Of a stretch of 26,299 nt of DNA, positions 1 through 8,775 are shown one piece after another. Position numbers and translations under genes: made by a program. Position 1 is the first letter of the stretch, and every line of letters begins with the position of its first letter. Location of the stretch: positions 1-26,299 of IMG/VR virus record IMGVR_UViG_3300022871_000097; one strand, written 5' to 3'. This DNA comes from a virus (taxonomy: Duplodnaviria; Caudoviricetes). The notes under the pieces are model-generated. The model did no database searches. It was not told the DNA's origin and saw only the letters and a list, made by a program, of their open reading frames with translations.

Positions 1-1
1 C

Positions 2-508
2 CATGTAATGTCTCAGCTCGCGATATGGTTAGACAGCAAAGATATTAAACCAGGTACAGTTGGGAAACTTACTGCTGAAAACTTTGCCAGTGGTATTAGT
101 AAAATCATTTCAGAAATGGACACGTTGGAAAACAGAAAGGGTCAAGAAATAGTGTTTTCGGAGATGGAAACAAAGTGCTGGCGTAGAATCGCACAGATAC
201 ATAATACACTGGCAAAGGTTGGTAGAATATCTAACAGAAAATTGTTCTCTGATCCCGATAGCCTTGTAGTGATGGCCGAATACTCAGAAGATAAGGTTTT
301 AGAAACAAGAGCGGATAAGGTTGAAAGACTTGCGAAAGAGAGAGACGCACGATTTACATCACAGAAAAAAGCAATCAAGGAGCTTAACCCAAAGATGGAT
401 GACAAAGCAGTTGATGAGCTTATAAAAGAAATAGATGAAGAGCAAACAACTACACTGGAAGTAGATGATGGCGACACCACAGCAGAAATTCCGACTGATA
501 ATAGGTAA
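2..508 (+). CDS. Portal protein, C-terminal part (5' truncated by window edge)
   Basis: Frame open from position 2; SPP1-like portal C-terminal pattern (ASGISK..., SQKKAIKELNP..DD..VDELIKEIDEE, acidic tail); upstream of head genes. Confidence 0.75.
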   Translation, partial: HVMSQLAIWLDSKDIKPGTVGKLTAENFASGISKIISEMDTLENRKGQEIVFSEMETKCWRRIAQIHNTLAKVGRISNRKLFSDPDSLVVMAEYSEDKVLETRADKVERLAKERDARFTSQKKAIKELNPKMDDKAVDELIKEIDEEQTTTLEVDDGDTTAEIPTDNR

Positions 509-962
509 AGGATATACCGCGGAACAGAAACAAAAAATAACAAAAGCGGTTATTAAAACTATTGAATCAAGAACTAAAAAGGGAAACGACCTGCGCGGTG
601 GTAAGTTTGTTAAATATACTAAAGAGTATAAGACGTTCAAAACAAAACATTTAGGAAGTGCATCGCCTGTCAACTTACGTTTGTCTACGCAAATGTTGAG
701 CGACTTAAAGGGACTACCTCCTAGCAGCAGCACCAGCATTACAGTTGGGTATGACAAAGGTACAGAATCAAACGATAAAGCTCATGGCAATCAGTCAGGC
801 AGTTACGGTAAGCCGTACCCCAGAGCTAATAAAAAAAGAAAGTTTTTAGGAATAACACCAGCGGAGAAGAAAATTATACTTGGTAAATTTAAACCAGCAA
901 ACCTCAAGGAACGATTGAAAGAAGCTGATAAAATACAATCTGAATTGGAAGCGAGCTTATGA
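465..962 (+). CDS. Phage virion morphogenesis (gpG/gpS-like) basic protein, paralog 1
   Basis: Lys-rich; F.KYT.EY, VNLRLS.QML and KRKFLGIT motifs typical of this family. Confidence 0.6.
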   Translation: MMATPQQKFRLIIGKGYTAEQKQKITKAVIKTIESRTKKGNDLRGGKFVKYTKEYKTFKTKHLGSASPVNLRLSTQMLSDLKGLPPSSSTSITVGYDKGTESNDKAHGNQSGSYGKPYPRANKKRKFLGITPAEKKIILGKFKPANLKERLKEADKIQSELEASL

Positions 963-1483
963 CAGTTAACTTTGCTGATAGAGTAGTTAAGCGAATGAAT
1001 AAGGTGATAAGGAAGTCAATGTCACCTACTGGCTTGAAAAAATCATTAGCACTTACTATTAGAATATTAAAAGCAAGAACGCGTAAAGGTTATGGCGTAA
1101 CCAGTGACGGTGGTAAAAAAGAAAAGTTTAAACCATTGGAGCCAAGTACAAAGACATCGCGCGGTAGGAAAAGCCTCCATTATTCTACCAGCAAAAACAG
1201 GTCCAACCTCACAGAGACAGGTCAAATGATAAAAGCGTTGACTGGTGAAGTAACTAGTTCAGCAATGTCATTATTTTTTAAGCCTGACAATAGAACATAC
1301 ATAGGCAAACCTCCGAAAAAACCCGTTAGTAATACAAAACTTGCATTCCTACATGATAGGGGCAGTTTGGGTCGTCCTCCAAAGCGTCCATGGTTAAGAT
1401 TTTCTAAAGAAGAAAAGAAACAAATCTCAAAAGAAGTTGCAGATATATTAAGAAAAGAAATAAGGAAAGAATTTAACAGATAG
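959..1483 (+). CDS. Phage virion morphogenesis (gpG/gpS-like) basic protein, paralog 2
   Basis: FKPLEPST, SNLTETGQM, LAFLHD.G and PPKRPWLRFS motifs; ATGA overlap with upstream gene. Confidence 0.65.
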   Translation: MTVNFADRVVKRMNKVIRKSMSPTGLKKSLALTIRILKARTRKGYGVTSDGGKKEKFKPLEPSTKTSRGRKSLHYSTSKNRSNLTETGQMIKALTGEVTSSAMSLFFKPDNRTYIGKPPKKPVSNTKLAFLHDRGSLGRPPKRPWLRFSKEEKKQISKEVADILRKEIRKEFNR

Positions 1484-1519
1484 TGTCACTTGACACTACA
1501 ACAAGGAGTAAACTATAAT
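1481..1519 (+). promoter_or_regulatory. Consensus sigma70-type promoter with palindrome over the -35 box
   Basis: TTGACA (1490-1495), 18 nt spacer, TATAAT (1514-1519); perfect inverted repeat TAGTGTCA-CT-TGACACTA (1481-1498). Confidence 0.5.
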
Positions 1520-2180
1520 GGCAGAAGAGTCAAACAAAGTCGTTGGTAACGCACTTGATAATGCTGGTAGCAAAGATCAAGAAAATTCAAACAAAGACAT
1601 TAAGCAAACAGTATCGTGGGAAAGCCATGATAAACTATTGGGTCAGCACAAGAAGACTAAGGGTGAAATTGCTGAATTAACCAAAAAGCTTAATTCGTTT
1701 GAAAAGGCTCAAAAGGATGCAGAGGAAAACAAGTTGGCTGAGAGCGGAGAATACCAAAAGTTGTTGGAGTTGAAACAAGTAGAAGTAGAAACGTTGATAT
1801 CAGAAGCTGAAGTTGCAAAAACAGAAGTAAGAAAAGTTAACCAACACTTGATCGATGCACAGAAGTTACAAGCTGTTTATGACAGATTGCCTGGTAAGAT
1901 AAAGAATAATAAATACTTAAACTTTATCGATCTTGAGAATGTAGTCATAAATCCCGATACTGGTGATGTAGATGAACAGTCAGCATCAACGGTAGCAAAT
2001 AGTTTTATGAAGGAATATGCCGAGTTAGTAGATACAAGCCATGTCGGCAAACTCCCAGGGAACGCCGCAGGTGGATCGGGGAACCTTCAAGAAGAGTTTA
2101 AGAATTTAAGTTTAACAGATATGAACAAGAACCTAAAAAGCCGCGTACAAGAGGCTAAACGTAAAGTAGGAGTTTTATAA
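1518..2180 (+). CDS. Capsid scaffolding protein
   Basis: Coiled-coil, KLAESGEYQKLLE motif, Gly-rich linker before C-terminal helix, directly upstream of capsid gene; AAGGAG RBS. Confidence 0.8.
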   Translation: MAEESNKVVGNALDNAGSKDQENSNKDIKQTVSWESHDKLLGQHKKTKGEIAELTKKLNSFEKAQKDAEENKLAESGEYQKLLELKQVEVETLISEAEVAKTEVRKVNQHLIDAQKLQAVYDRLPGKIKNNKYLNFIDLENVVINPDTGDVDEQSASTVANSFMKEYAELVDTSHVGKLPGNAAGGSGNLQEEFKNLSLTDMNKNLKSRVQEAKRKVGVL

Positions 2181-3043
2181 TGGCAGTAACAACTAAATCG
2201 TATGTAGACACAACTTTAGATCTAACGCAATCATTTTGGTCGCCCATCTTTCAAAAAGAGCTTAGAGAAAATACAATGTGGCCAGCATTAACTGCTGATC
2301 CTCAGTATAAAGCTGAAGAGGTAAAAGGTGGGGATACTCTAAAAATTAAGAGAATCAATAAGCCAAAAACAAATATTAAAACTATTGGTACTGATGCGGA
2401 CAGTTTTGAAAGTAATGTTCTTTCAACAACTAATGTTGATCTAGTAGTTAATAAAAGATGTACATCAGCTTATGAATTTGAAGATTTGGCAATTCTTATG
2501 TCTCAACTAGAGCAAAAAGATTCTGAGATTAAAGAATCACTATTATCAGATGTACAAGAACAAGCGAATGACTGGATTAAGTCTTTGATCGTTCCATCAG
2601 CATCTGATCCAGACCATACAAACATTTCAGCATCAGGTGACTTCAACCTTGCAGCATTAAGTAATGCTAGAACACTAGCGTCAGTGGCTAAGTGGTCTAC
2701 TCGTAATCCTTGGATGCTAGTTCTTGATCCAACTTTTACTAGTGATTTACTTGACGACACTACCATTGCATCGAGTTCATTTACAGGCGAGAACACATCT
2801 CCTATTATCAACGGAGCATTTCAAACTAAGAGAATGAACTACAATATTCTTGAAGATAATAGCTTGGCGACAGACACTGGTTTTGCAATCACTAGGGGTG
2901 GTTTAGTATCAGTTATGGGAACACCAAGATTTAAGATTTCCGATTTACACGCCCAGAAAAAATTCGGCTATCTCTTGAGTGTTGATTTTGTACTTGGCGC
3001 GGCCGTCATCGATAACAAAAGACTAATCTCTTTTATCGTATAA
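2180..3043 (+). CDS. Major capsid protein (HK97 fold, P22-coat-like)
   Basis: 287 aa; WS..FQKELRE, GDTLKI and DLVVNK motifs, C-terminal DFVLGAAVID; follows scaffold with TAATG overlap. Confidence 0.85.
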   Translation: MAVTTKSYVDTTLDLTQSFWSPIFQKELRENTMWPALTADPQYKAEEVKGGDTLKIKRINKPKTNIKTIGTDADSFESNVLSTTNVDLVVNKRCTSAYEFEDLAILMSQLEQKDSEIKESLLSDVQEQANDWIKSLIVPSASDPDHTNISASGDFNLAALSNARTLASVAKWSTRNPWMLVLDPTFTSDLLDDTTIASSSFTGENTSPIINGAFQTKRMNYNILEDNSLATDTGFAITRGGLVSVMGTPRFKISDLHAQKKFGYLLSVDFVLGAAVIDNKRLISFIV

Positions 3044-3052
3044 GGTAATTAA

Positions 3053-3277
3053 ATGGAAGTTGGAACTACTAGAGGCAGCATTACAGACATTACAGGGTCG
3101 TTAAGCGGTAATCTTTTATATTTATCGCATAGTGACTCTGAAGTATTAATTGAGCAATGGAATAGCATCATGGGTGAAAAGAAAATAATCAATGCTTATT
3201 CTATTGGCAATAAACACGTCTTGGTAATTGCAACAGCTTATAAAATTAAAAAAGTAACTAAAAACAGGAGTAACTAA
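3053..3277 (+). CDS. Hypothetical protein (head module)
   Basis: RBS AAGGT; translationally coupled to next gene. Confidence 0.6.
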   Translation: MEVGTTRGSITDITGSLSGNLLYLSHSDSEVLIEQWNSIMGEKKIINAYSIGNKHVLVIATAYKIKKVTKNRSN

Positions 3278-3699
3278 TGTCATTAGCAGATACTAAAATA
3301 ATTTACGGATCAGCAGCAACGGCTGGTGGATTTACTAACGAAGAATCATGGACGAAAGTAACTTATGATTTCTCAGATGATACAGGTGCTGTGGCTGATT
3401 ATGATATTTTCACAGCAGGTGCAGATTTGGTTATCACGGATTATTACATGAGTGTATCAACAGCTGTAACTAGCCCAGCAGGGGCCATTTTAGACGTTGG
3501 CCTGACTGATGGTGGTGTTGAGTTAGGCTCAAATATTACAACCGCAACTCTAGCGGCTGGATATGTTGTGGGCTTTCCGGCAGGTGGCGTAACTAAGTTA
3601 AGAGTAGCCAAAGACAGTGATATCGTGATGGGTATTGAATCCTCTACGTTCACGGCAGGTGTAATTGATTTCTATTTCAAAACAAAATTTGAAGGTTAA
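3277..3699 (+). CDS. Putative capsid decoration / structural beta-sandwich protein
   Basis: T/G/A/D-rich beta protein between capsid gene and strong terminator, so likely highly expressed. Confidence 0.55.
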   Translation: MSLADTKIIYGSAATAGGFTNEESWTKVTYDFSDDTGAVADYDIFTAGADLVITDYYMSVSTAVTSPAGAILDVGLTDGGVELGSNITTATLAAGYVVGFPAGGVTKLRVAKDSDIVMGIESSTFTAGVIDFYFKTKFEG

Positions 3700-3706
3700 T
3701 AAAAAT

Positions 3707-3728
3707 AAGGGGCTTCGGCCCCTTTTTT
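3707..3728 (+). terminator. Rho-independent terminator
   Basis: AAGGGGC-TTCG-GCCCCTT followed by T run. Confidence 0.9.
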
Positions 3729-3743
3729 AAACTGAGGTAGTTA

Positions 3744-4013
3744 ATGGCTTTACCGTCTCATATTAATACTAAGGTTTCTAATAGCTTCGTAGAGGCAGGG
3801 GACAACGGAGAAACCGCACAAAGAGTTTCATCGGCTGGCGGCATGAATACCATCAACCCCTTGGCAAAGTTTATGGAAGTATCTAATACCGATACAGTGA
3901 CTGAAGTATATAGATATTATGAGTCATCAAATAAGGCTACGCTTTATAACACTGTTACAATAATTTACACCACAACAGCAAAAACGGATTTGCTTTCTGC
4001 GGAGTGGGATTAA
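3744..4013 (+). CDS. Small putative virion protein
   Basis: GAGGT RBS; Thr/Tyr-rich beta C-terminus. Confidence 0.6.
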   Translation: MALPSHINTKVSNSFVEAGDNGETAQRVSSAGGMNTINPLAKFMEVSNTDTVTEVYRYYESSNKATLYNTVTIIYTTTAKTDLLSAEWD

Positions 4014-4195
4014 TGCCTAAATTTAAGTACAATATCTTTACTGGAAACATGGATGTAATATCTCTAGATAACTTTTCGTATGATAACATAGTGTCAGTAT
4101 TTACTGTCCCAGAAAACCAGCAAATGATAGTTTACCAAAATATCGCAATAAGTGCTGATGTAAGTCTTTTAGGTGATTTGGTTTTAATTGATTAG
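4013..4195 (+). CDS. Small putative virion protein
   Basis: Start moved to ATG 4013 (TAATG overlap, GGAG RBS); begins MPKFKYNIFTGNMD. Confidence 0.6.
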   Translation: MPKFKYNIFTGNMDVISLDNFSYDNIVSVFTVPENQQMIVYQNIAISADVSLLGDLVLID

Positions 4196-4204
4196 GAATA
4201 TTTT

Positions 4205-4831
4205 ATGAGCAAAATTACAATTACAAATCAATCCGAACCTACAACGCCAACGAGCGGGAAGACTGCAATATATGTAGACGCTACTTCTAAGTTATTTTCA
4301 AGCAAGAATGATTCTGGGGTAGTAGCAACTTATGGGGCTTCTGATGCTGCATACGGAGCAGGTTGGGACGGAGACATAGGCCCAGCATCAAAAAATGCTA
4401 TTTACGACAAAATAGAAACGCTAGGAGGAGGAGGCGGTGTTGACGATCATGGAGGGCTTAGTGGATTAGCAGATGATGATCATCCTCAGTATTTGTTAGC
4501 GGCTACTGCAATGGCAGAATCGGCAAACCAAGATATTGGAGCAAGTGGAACAATAACTTTAAACTCAGCATACAGACAGATTTTAAACGTAACAGGTGAT
4601 GGAGGGGCGCAAACAGCCAGTACGGCACCGTTTGGGGCAACACCTCCAGTAGCTTGTACGGAAATTACTGTGGTGGGAACAAGTGATTCAAATACAGTTA
4701 CCATTCCTAATAGCGACACTGCGGATGGATGCTTATTAAATGGTGCAGCAGTATTGGGTGCAAATAAGTCGATAACTCTAACTTATAGTCTAGTAAGAGA
4801 CAGGTATATCGAAAAAGGGAGAAATTTCTAA
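4205..4831 (+). CDS. Fibre-like structural protein with DHGGLSGLADDDHPQYLL motif
   Basis: PTTPTSGKTAIYV fibre-type repeat, Gly linker, C-terminal beta domain. Confidence 0.6.
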   Translation: MSKITITNQSEPTTPTSGKTAIYVDATSKLFSSKNDSGVVATYGASDAAYGAGWDGDIGPASKNAIYDKIETLGGGGGVDDHGGLSGLADDDHPQYLLAATAMAESANQDIGASGTITLNSAYRQILNVTGDGGAQTASTAPFGATPPVACTEITVVGTSDSNTVTIPNSDTADGCLLNGAAVLGANKSITLTYSLVRDRYIEKGRNF

Positions 4832-5508
4832 TGAGAAAATTCGAAGTATTTTTAATGTCCATTATTGCAATGCTACTATTTATGAGTATTGGTGCAGTTA
4901 GGATTCTTGACTTCGCAAGTGGCCGATACATTACTGATGATACTGGAAATGGTTACTTAACTTTTTTAAATGGATCAGTCGCAGAACGTATCGCAATGAC
5001 TCCTGAAACTTGTATGATAAGAAGCGAGATAGACGTGGGAACAAATGCAGGAGGCGCGGCAGCCACTACCGAACAAGTCAGGCGAATGAGTGTAACGAGA
5101 GGTGATTGCGATGATATAACTCTTCCACATTCTGGTGATAGTATGACAGCAGATACTATTTATTATCAAAATGAATATGCAGAAAGCTGGGACGTTGCTA
5201 CCGGTGACTACTTGATTAAGTGTTATGCAGCAGCTTACGCAACGGATAGTTCGTCAGTTTATTTATACAATGAAACTGATACGGCAATAATAACCGATTG
5301 TGTTGGTGATGGGTACGCAAATCTTACAGAAGCCCGAGCAGCTTTTTCATGCAGGGCGACTTTTGCAGCAACGAAGGAATTAAGTCTTAGACATTTCACA
5401 GAAACTGCCAGAAGTGTTTACGGCCTTGGAATTGGTGGCATAAGTGATGGCGGCAACAAAGCAGCTTTTGCACCAGTAGCTTCATGCAGTTTTACGAGGA
5501 TTTATTAA
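4831..5508 (+). CDS. Signal-peptide-bearing protein with fibre-tip-like beta domain
   Basis: N-terminus MRKFEVFLMSIIAMLLFMSIGA (basic, hydrophobic, small residues); C-terminal GTNAGG...GDYLIKCYAAAY...LYNETD...KELSLRH...GLG pattern recalls phage fibre tips; 6 Cys. Confidence 0.55.
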   Translation: MRKFEVFLMSIIAMLLFMSIGAVRILDFASGRYITDDTGNGYLTFLNGSVAERIAMTPETCMIRSEIDVGTNAGGAAATTEQVRRMSVTRGDCDDITLPHSGDSMTADTIYYQNEYAESWDVATGDYLIKCYAAAYATDSSSVYLYNETDTAIITDCVGDGYANLTEARAAFSCRATFAATKELSLRHFTETARSVYGLGIGGISDGGNKAAFAPVASCSFTRIY

Positions 5509-5870
5509 TGAAAACTATTATTCTAATTTTACTTTTGATTCCGACTATATGCTTTTCTTTAACACCTAAGCAAGAAAAAAGTAATGATATAAAAAGGCAA
5601 TCGGCAATTTCGATTTACATTAGTCAAGCGTTGCCAGCTTTTAAGGTCGAGTATCCACAGTTTGCTAACTGGAAAGAAACTAGAATAAGACAATATATTT
5701 ATAATACACCAGAGACAGAAACAATAATGACTCGGCTGGAAGTTATTGCTAATGCTATCAGGATAAACACTAAGGACATTAGGCCAAACGCTTTAAAGAT
5801 ATTTAGAGATAAGACAAAAACACCGGCAATAAGGCTAAACGCTCTTATGCTTTTACTAAGGTTTAGATAA
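5508..5870 (+). CDS. Signal-peptide-bearing helical protein, unknown function
   Basis: Start moved to ATG 5508 (TAATG overlap, GAGG RBS); MKTIILILLLIPTICFS is a classic Sec signal. Confidence 0.65.
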   Translation: MKTIILILLLIPTICFSLTPKQEKSNDIKRQSAISIYISQALPAFKVEYPQFANWKETRIRQYIYNTPETETIMTRLEVIANAIRINTKDIRPNALKIFRDKTKTPAIRLNALMLLLRFR

Positions 5871-6715
5871 TGCGGAAAAGAATACTTTACGGTAACAACA
5901 CAGTAATTTTCGACCATACTGTATCACTCAACAACTATTTTAGTGGTAACTTTACCAGCACTTTTATAGCTGCTGAAGATTATATATACATAGGAAGTCG
6001 TTTACCATTCAATCATTTCTATTTGAATATGGGCACGACCGTCAACGCAGAATCTGCAGACTTAACCGTAAGCTATTGGAGTGATAGCGAATGGTTGGAC
6101 GCGGTTGAAGTAATTGATGAAACAGCAACAGGGGGTGCAACACTTGCGCAATCTGGTTTTATTTCATTTACACCAGACAAAGATAACAATTGGACACGAG
6201 AAAATACTAATTATGGTGGTGAATCTATAACAGGACTAACCGATGTTGAAATATATGATTTATATTGGATGCGTCTTTCGGTAGATGCAGATTTAACAGC
6301 GGATATGGTCATCAGTTGGTTAGGTCAAAAGTTTTCAGATGATAATGATCTAGGGAGCGAACATGCAGAAGTTACAAGATCAAATTTTATAGCAGCGTTT
6401 GAAGATGGTAAAACAAGTTATGAAGAACAGGCGATTAAAGCTGCAGAGATAGTTGAGAACGATTTAATATCAAGAAAAATGATAACTCATAATGAGCAAA
6501 TACTAGACAGATATGACTTAAGACTTGCTTCAGTATCTAAGGTTGCCGAGTTAATTTACAATGATCTCGGTGACGATTACGTTGATAAATATGACAACGC
6601 TAAAAGAGAATATCAATCACGCATAGGCAAGTCGGTTGTCAAAGTAGATAGAAATAGTAACGCTCTACTTGATAAACAAGAAGACAGAGTTATGAAAGGA
6701 TTCTTATACAGATGA
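5870..6715 (+). CDS. Putative head-tail adaptor with extra N-terminal beta domain
   Basis: C-terminal helical adaptor-like region (EQAIKAAEIVENDL...LRLASVSKVAELIY..L...KYDNAKREY); position before tail terminator. Confidence 0.55.
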   Translation: MRKRILYGNNTVIFDHTVSLNNYFSGNFTSTFIAAEDYIYIGSRLPFNHFYLNMGTTVNAESADLTVSYWSDSEWLDAVEVIDETATGGATLAQSGFISFTPDKDNNWTRENTNYGGESITGLTDVEIYDLYWMRLSVDADLTADMVISWLGQKFSDDNDLGSEHAEVTRSNFIAAFEDGKTSYEEQAIKAAEIVENDLISRKMITHNEQILDRYDLRLASVSKVAELIYNDLGDDYVDKYDNAKREYQSRIGKSVVKVDRNSNALLDKQEDRVMKGFLYR

Positions 6716-7164
6716 GCACCTTTAACGATTTATACGATAAATTAAGAACTACCATACCAACTCTTACAGGATTTTCCGATAAAACGGAGATACCTAATCC
6801 CGTCTCGCTAGCAGATAATAATGCTAAGTTCCTCCGAGACGGGTGGGGTATTAAAGTTGGTGATAACTCTCCACAAGGTGATGATTACTTAATGCCATCA
6901 GTGGTGGAGTCACAGGATTTTGAAATAGTACTTACGAGTGAAGTGTTGGGTGGAAAGTCAGACGTTGTCCCAATGATAACTTCAACCAAAGCATTAAGAG
7001 ATGATATAGCAGCTATGGAAATCGACTTCACTGGATCACGATTTGGCATAGCTGACAAAGTAGAAAACATTACCGTTAACTCTATCAGTGGGGTTGAGAG
7101 TGTAACATCAGAGAAGAAAATAATAACTATTAGTGTAACTTTTAACTTTACTTATTGGAGGTAA
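6712..7164 (+). CDS. Putative tail terminator/completion protein
   Basis: 150 aa, acidic, C-terminal beta strand, immediately upstream of tail tube gene. Confidence 0.55.
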   Translation: MSTFNDLYDKLRTTIPTLTGFSDKTEIPNPVSLADNNAKFLRDGWGIKVGDNSPQGDDYLMPSVVESQDFEIVLTSEVLGGKSDVVPMITSTKALRDDIAAMEIDFTGSRFGIADKVENITVNSISGVESVTSEKKIITISVTFNFTYWR

Positions 7165-7167
7165 TCA

Positions 7168-8058
7168 ATGGCACTCGGAACACCAAGGACAATTTTTGGA
7201 ATTACAAATATCACACCTTATCACGTATCAAGCCAAAAGCCGTATGGAACAGCCCGCGTTTTATCAAGTTCAAACTTTGAATTTTCAGGAGAGGTAGTTT
7301 CTCTTCATGGTGGATCATCAAAATGGGCGTGGCAAAATGAGGATTCAACACTAGATGGAACTTTGGAAATCGTAATGAGAGAAGTACCAGATTGGTTGTT
7401 TCAATTAGTTTATGGAAAAGCTGTAACGACTGCATCAGCAGCATCGAGTGGTACAGTTTCATCTATAGCGAACGCGCTTAATACATCATGTTTTGATGCA
7501 ACAACCGGTATTGCAAGCGTAACAGCAGGGGCAACAACATCGGACTTGAAATTTGGTAAGTATACCGCTGTAGTGGCAGCAGGTGGGACAACTGTAGACC
7601 TCTTCTGTAATAGCTTTATTGATTTCGGCAGAGGAACAGATGTATCTTATGATGATGACCTACTTGCAATAGAAAGTGGCGTAGCTGTTACCGATAGTAG
7701 TGGCACGACAGCAATTGCAGATTTTGGTTTAACAATTACTGGAGGCTCTGGAACCGTGGCTATGACAGTTGGTGACAGTGCAACCTTTGAGGTTTTACCA
7801 GTTAATACTGGTGGATCAACCGAAGTAACTATTGGCGCAACAACTGATACATTCCCATCATGGGGCTGCGAAATTTATGCTCAGGCTCAAGGGTCGGGAA
7901 ACGGTAGGATGATTAAAGTTGACATCTTTGAATGTAAAGCAATCGGTGGAGCGTTACCATTTACCGCTAATGATTTTGGAGAGATAACAATCACTGCTAA
8001 GGTATCTTACAATGATACGCGTGGTGGTGTCTTCAAGATTACTGAAGTAGTATTATAA
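7168..8058 (+). CDS. Major tail tube protein
   Basis: GGAGGT RBS; tube-like N- and C-terminal segments; followed by terminator, chaperone and tape measure genes. Confidence 0.8.
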   Translation: MALGTPRTIFGITNITPYHVSSQKPYGTARVLSSSNFEFSGEVVSLHGGSSKWAWQNEDSTLDGTLEIVMREVPDWLFQLVYGKAVTTASAASSGTVSSIANALNTSCFDATTGIASVTAGATTSDLKFGKYTAVVAAGGTTVDLFCNSFIDFGRGTDVSYDDDLLAIESGVAVTDSSGTTAIADFGLTITGGSGTVAMTVGDSATFEVLPVNTGGSTEVTIGATTDTFPSWGCEIYAQAQGSGNGRMIKVDIFECKAIGGALPFTANDFGEITITAKVSYNDTRGGVFKITEVVL

Positions 8059-8072
8059 TTTAATTTTCAATT

Positions 8073-8105
8073 GGGTGTTCTGTAAAATGGGCACCCTTTT
8101 CTTTT
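8073..8105 (+). terminator. Rho-independent terminator
   Basis: GGGTGTTC...GGGCACCC stem (two G-U pairs) followed by TTTTCTTTT. Confidence 0.75.
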
Positions 8106-8116
8106 AGAGGATAATC

Positions 8117-8539
8117 ATGGAATTAAGTCAACTCACACCAACTGCAAGTACCGTATATTTACGATTATTAGGACAAGAAATAACACTCAATCCTGTTACT
8201 TTGTCTGATGAAATTTGGCTAGAAGAAACATTCAAAGACGGCATTGTAGAAATCTTTGAGAAAGTTAACATGGTTGATATTTGCAGAATAGTGTTTAGGC
8301 TAATGTGTGATGAAGATAAGCTTCTTTTTAAAGTGGTAGAAAAACATTCCATCGGTGAGGAAGGTTTAGAAATTACTACCAAACTAGGCGGTGCCAAGCT
8401 TCTTAACAGTTACATATCCGGCTGGGATGATAAGAGCAACATCATAGGCGCATTGGTTGATACCATTGGCGCGTCAAGACCTGCGCCTGACGATAGTAAA
8501 AAAAAAGAGCAGATTCTGAACCAACCGACTGGGCAATGA
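8117..8539 (+). CDS. Tail assembly chaperone (gpG equivalent)
   Basis: Between tail tube and tape measure; ends just after a slippery A9G run. Confidence 0.8.
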   Translation: MELSQLTPTASTVYLRLLGQEITLNPVTLSDEIWLEETFKDGIVEIFEKVNMVDICRIVFRLMCDEDKLLFKVVEKHSIGEEGLEITTKLGGAKLLNSYISGWDDKSNIIGALVDTIGASRPAPDDSKKKEQILNQPTGQ

Positions 8540-8775
8540 TATTTGATTTATTGTCTGCAGAGTATGGTTGGGAAACTGAGTACATTTTTAGCAGAACAAT
8601 GAAAGAAATAAGTTGGAGAATTGAATCAATAAGCAAACGACAGAATATAGATATGAGATTTAACGCTCAAATCCATGGCGTAAAGATGAAAGACAGGCCG
8701 AAGATAAACGAGTTGTCTGAGGATAAGCAGAAAAAATTAGATAAGATTATCCAAGCAAGGATTAAAAATGGCTAA
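8498..8775 (+). CDS. Tail assembly chaperone gpGT extension via -1 programmed frameshift
   Basis: A9 run at 8498-8506; -1 frame reads KKRADSEPTDWAMIFDLLSAEYGWETEYIF, matching the gpT-type pattern. Confidence 0.8.
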
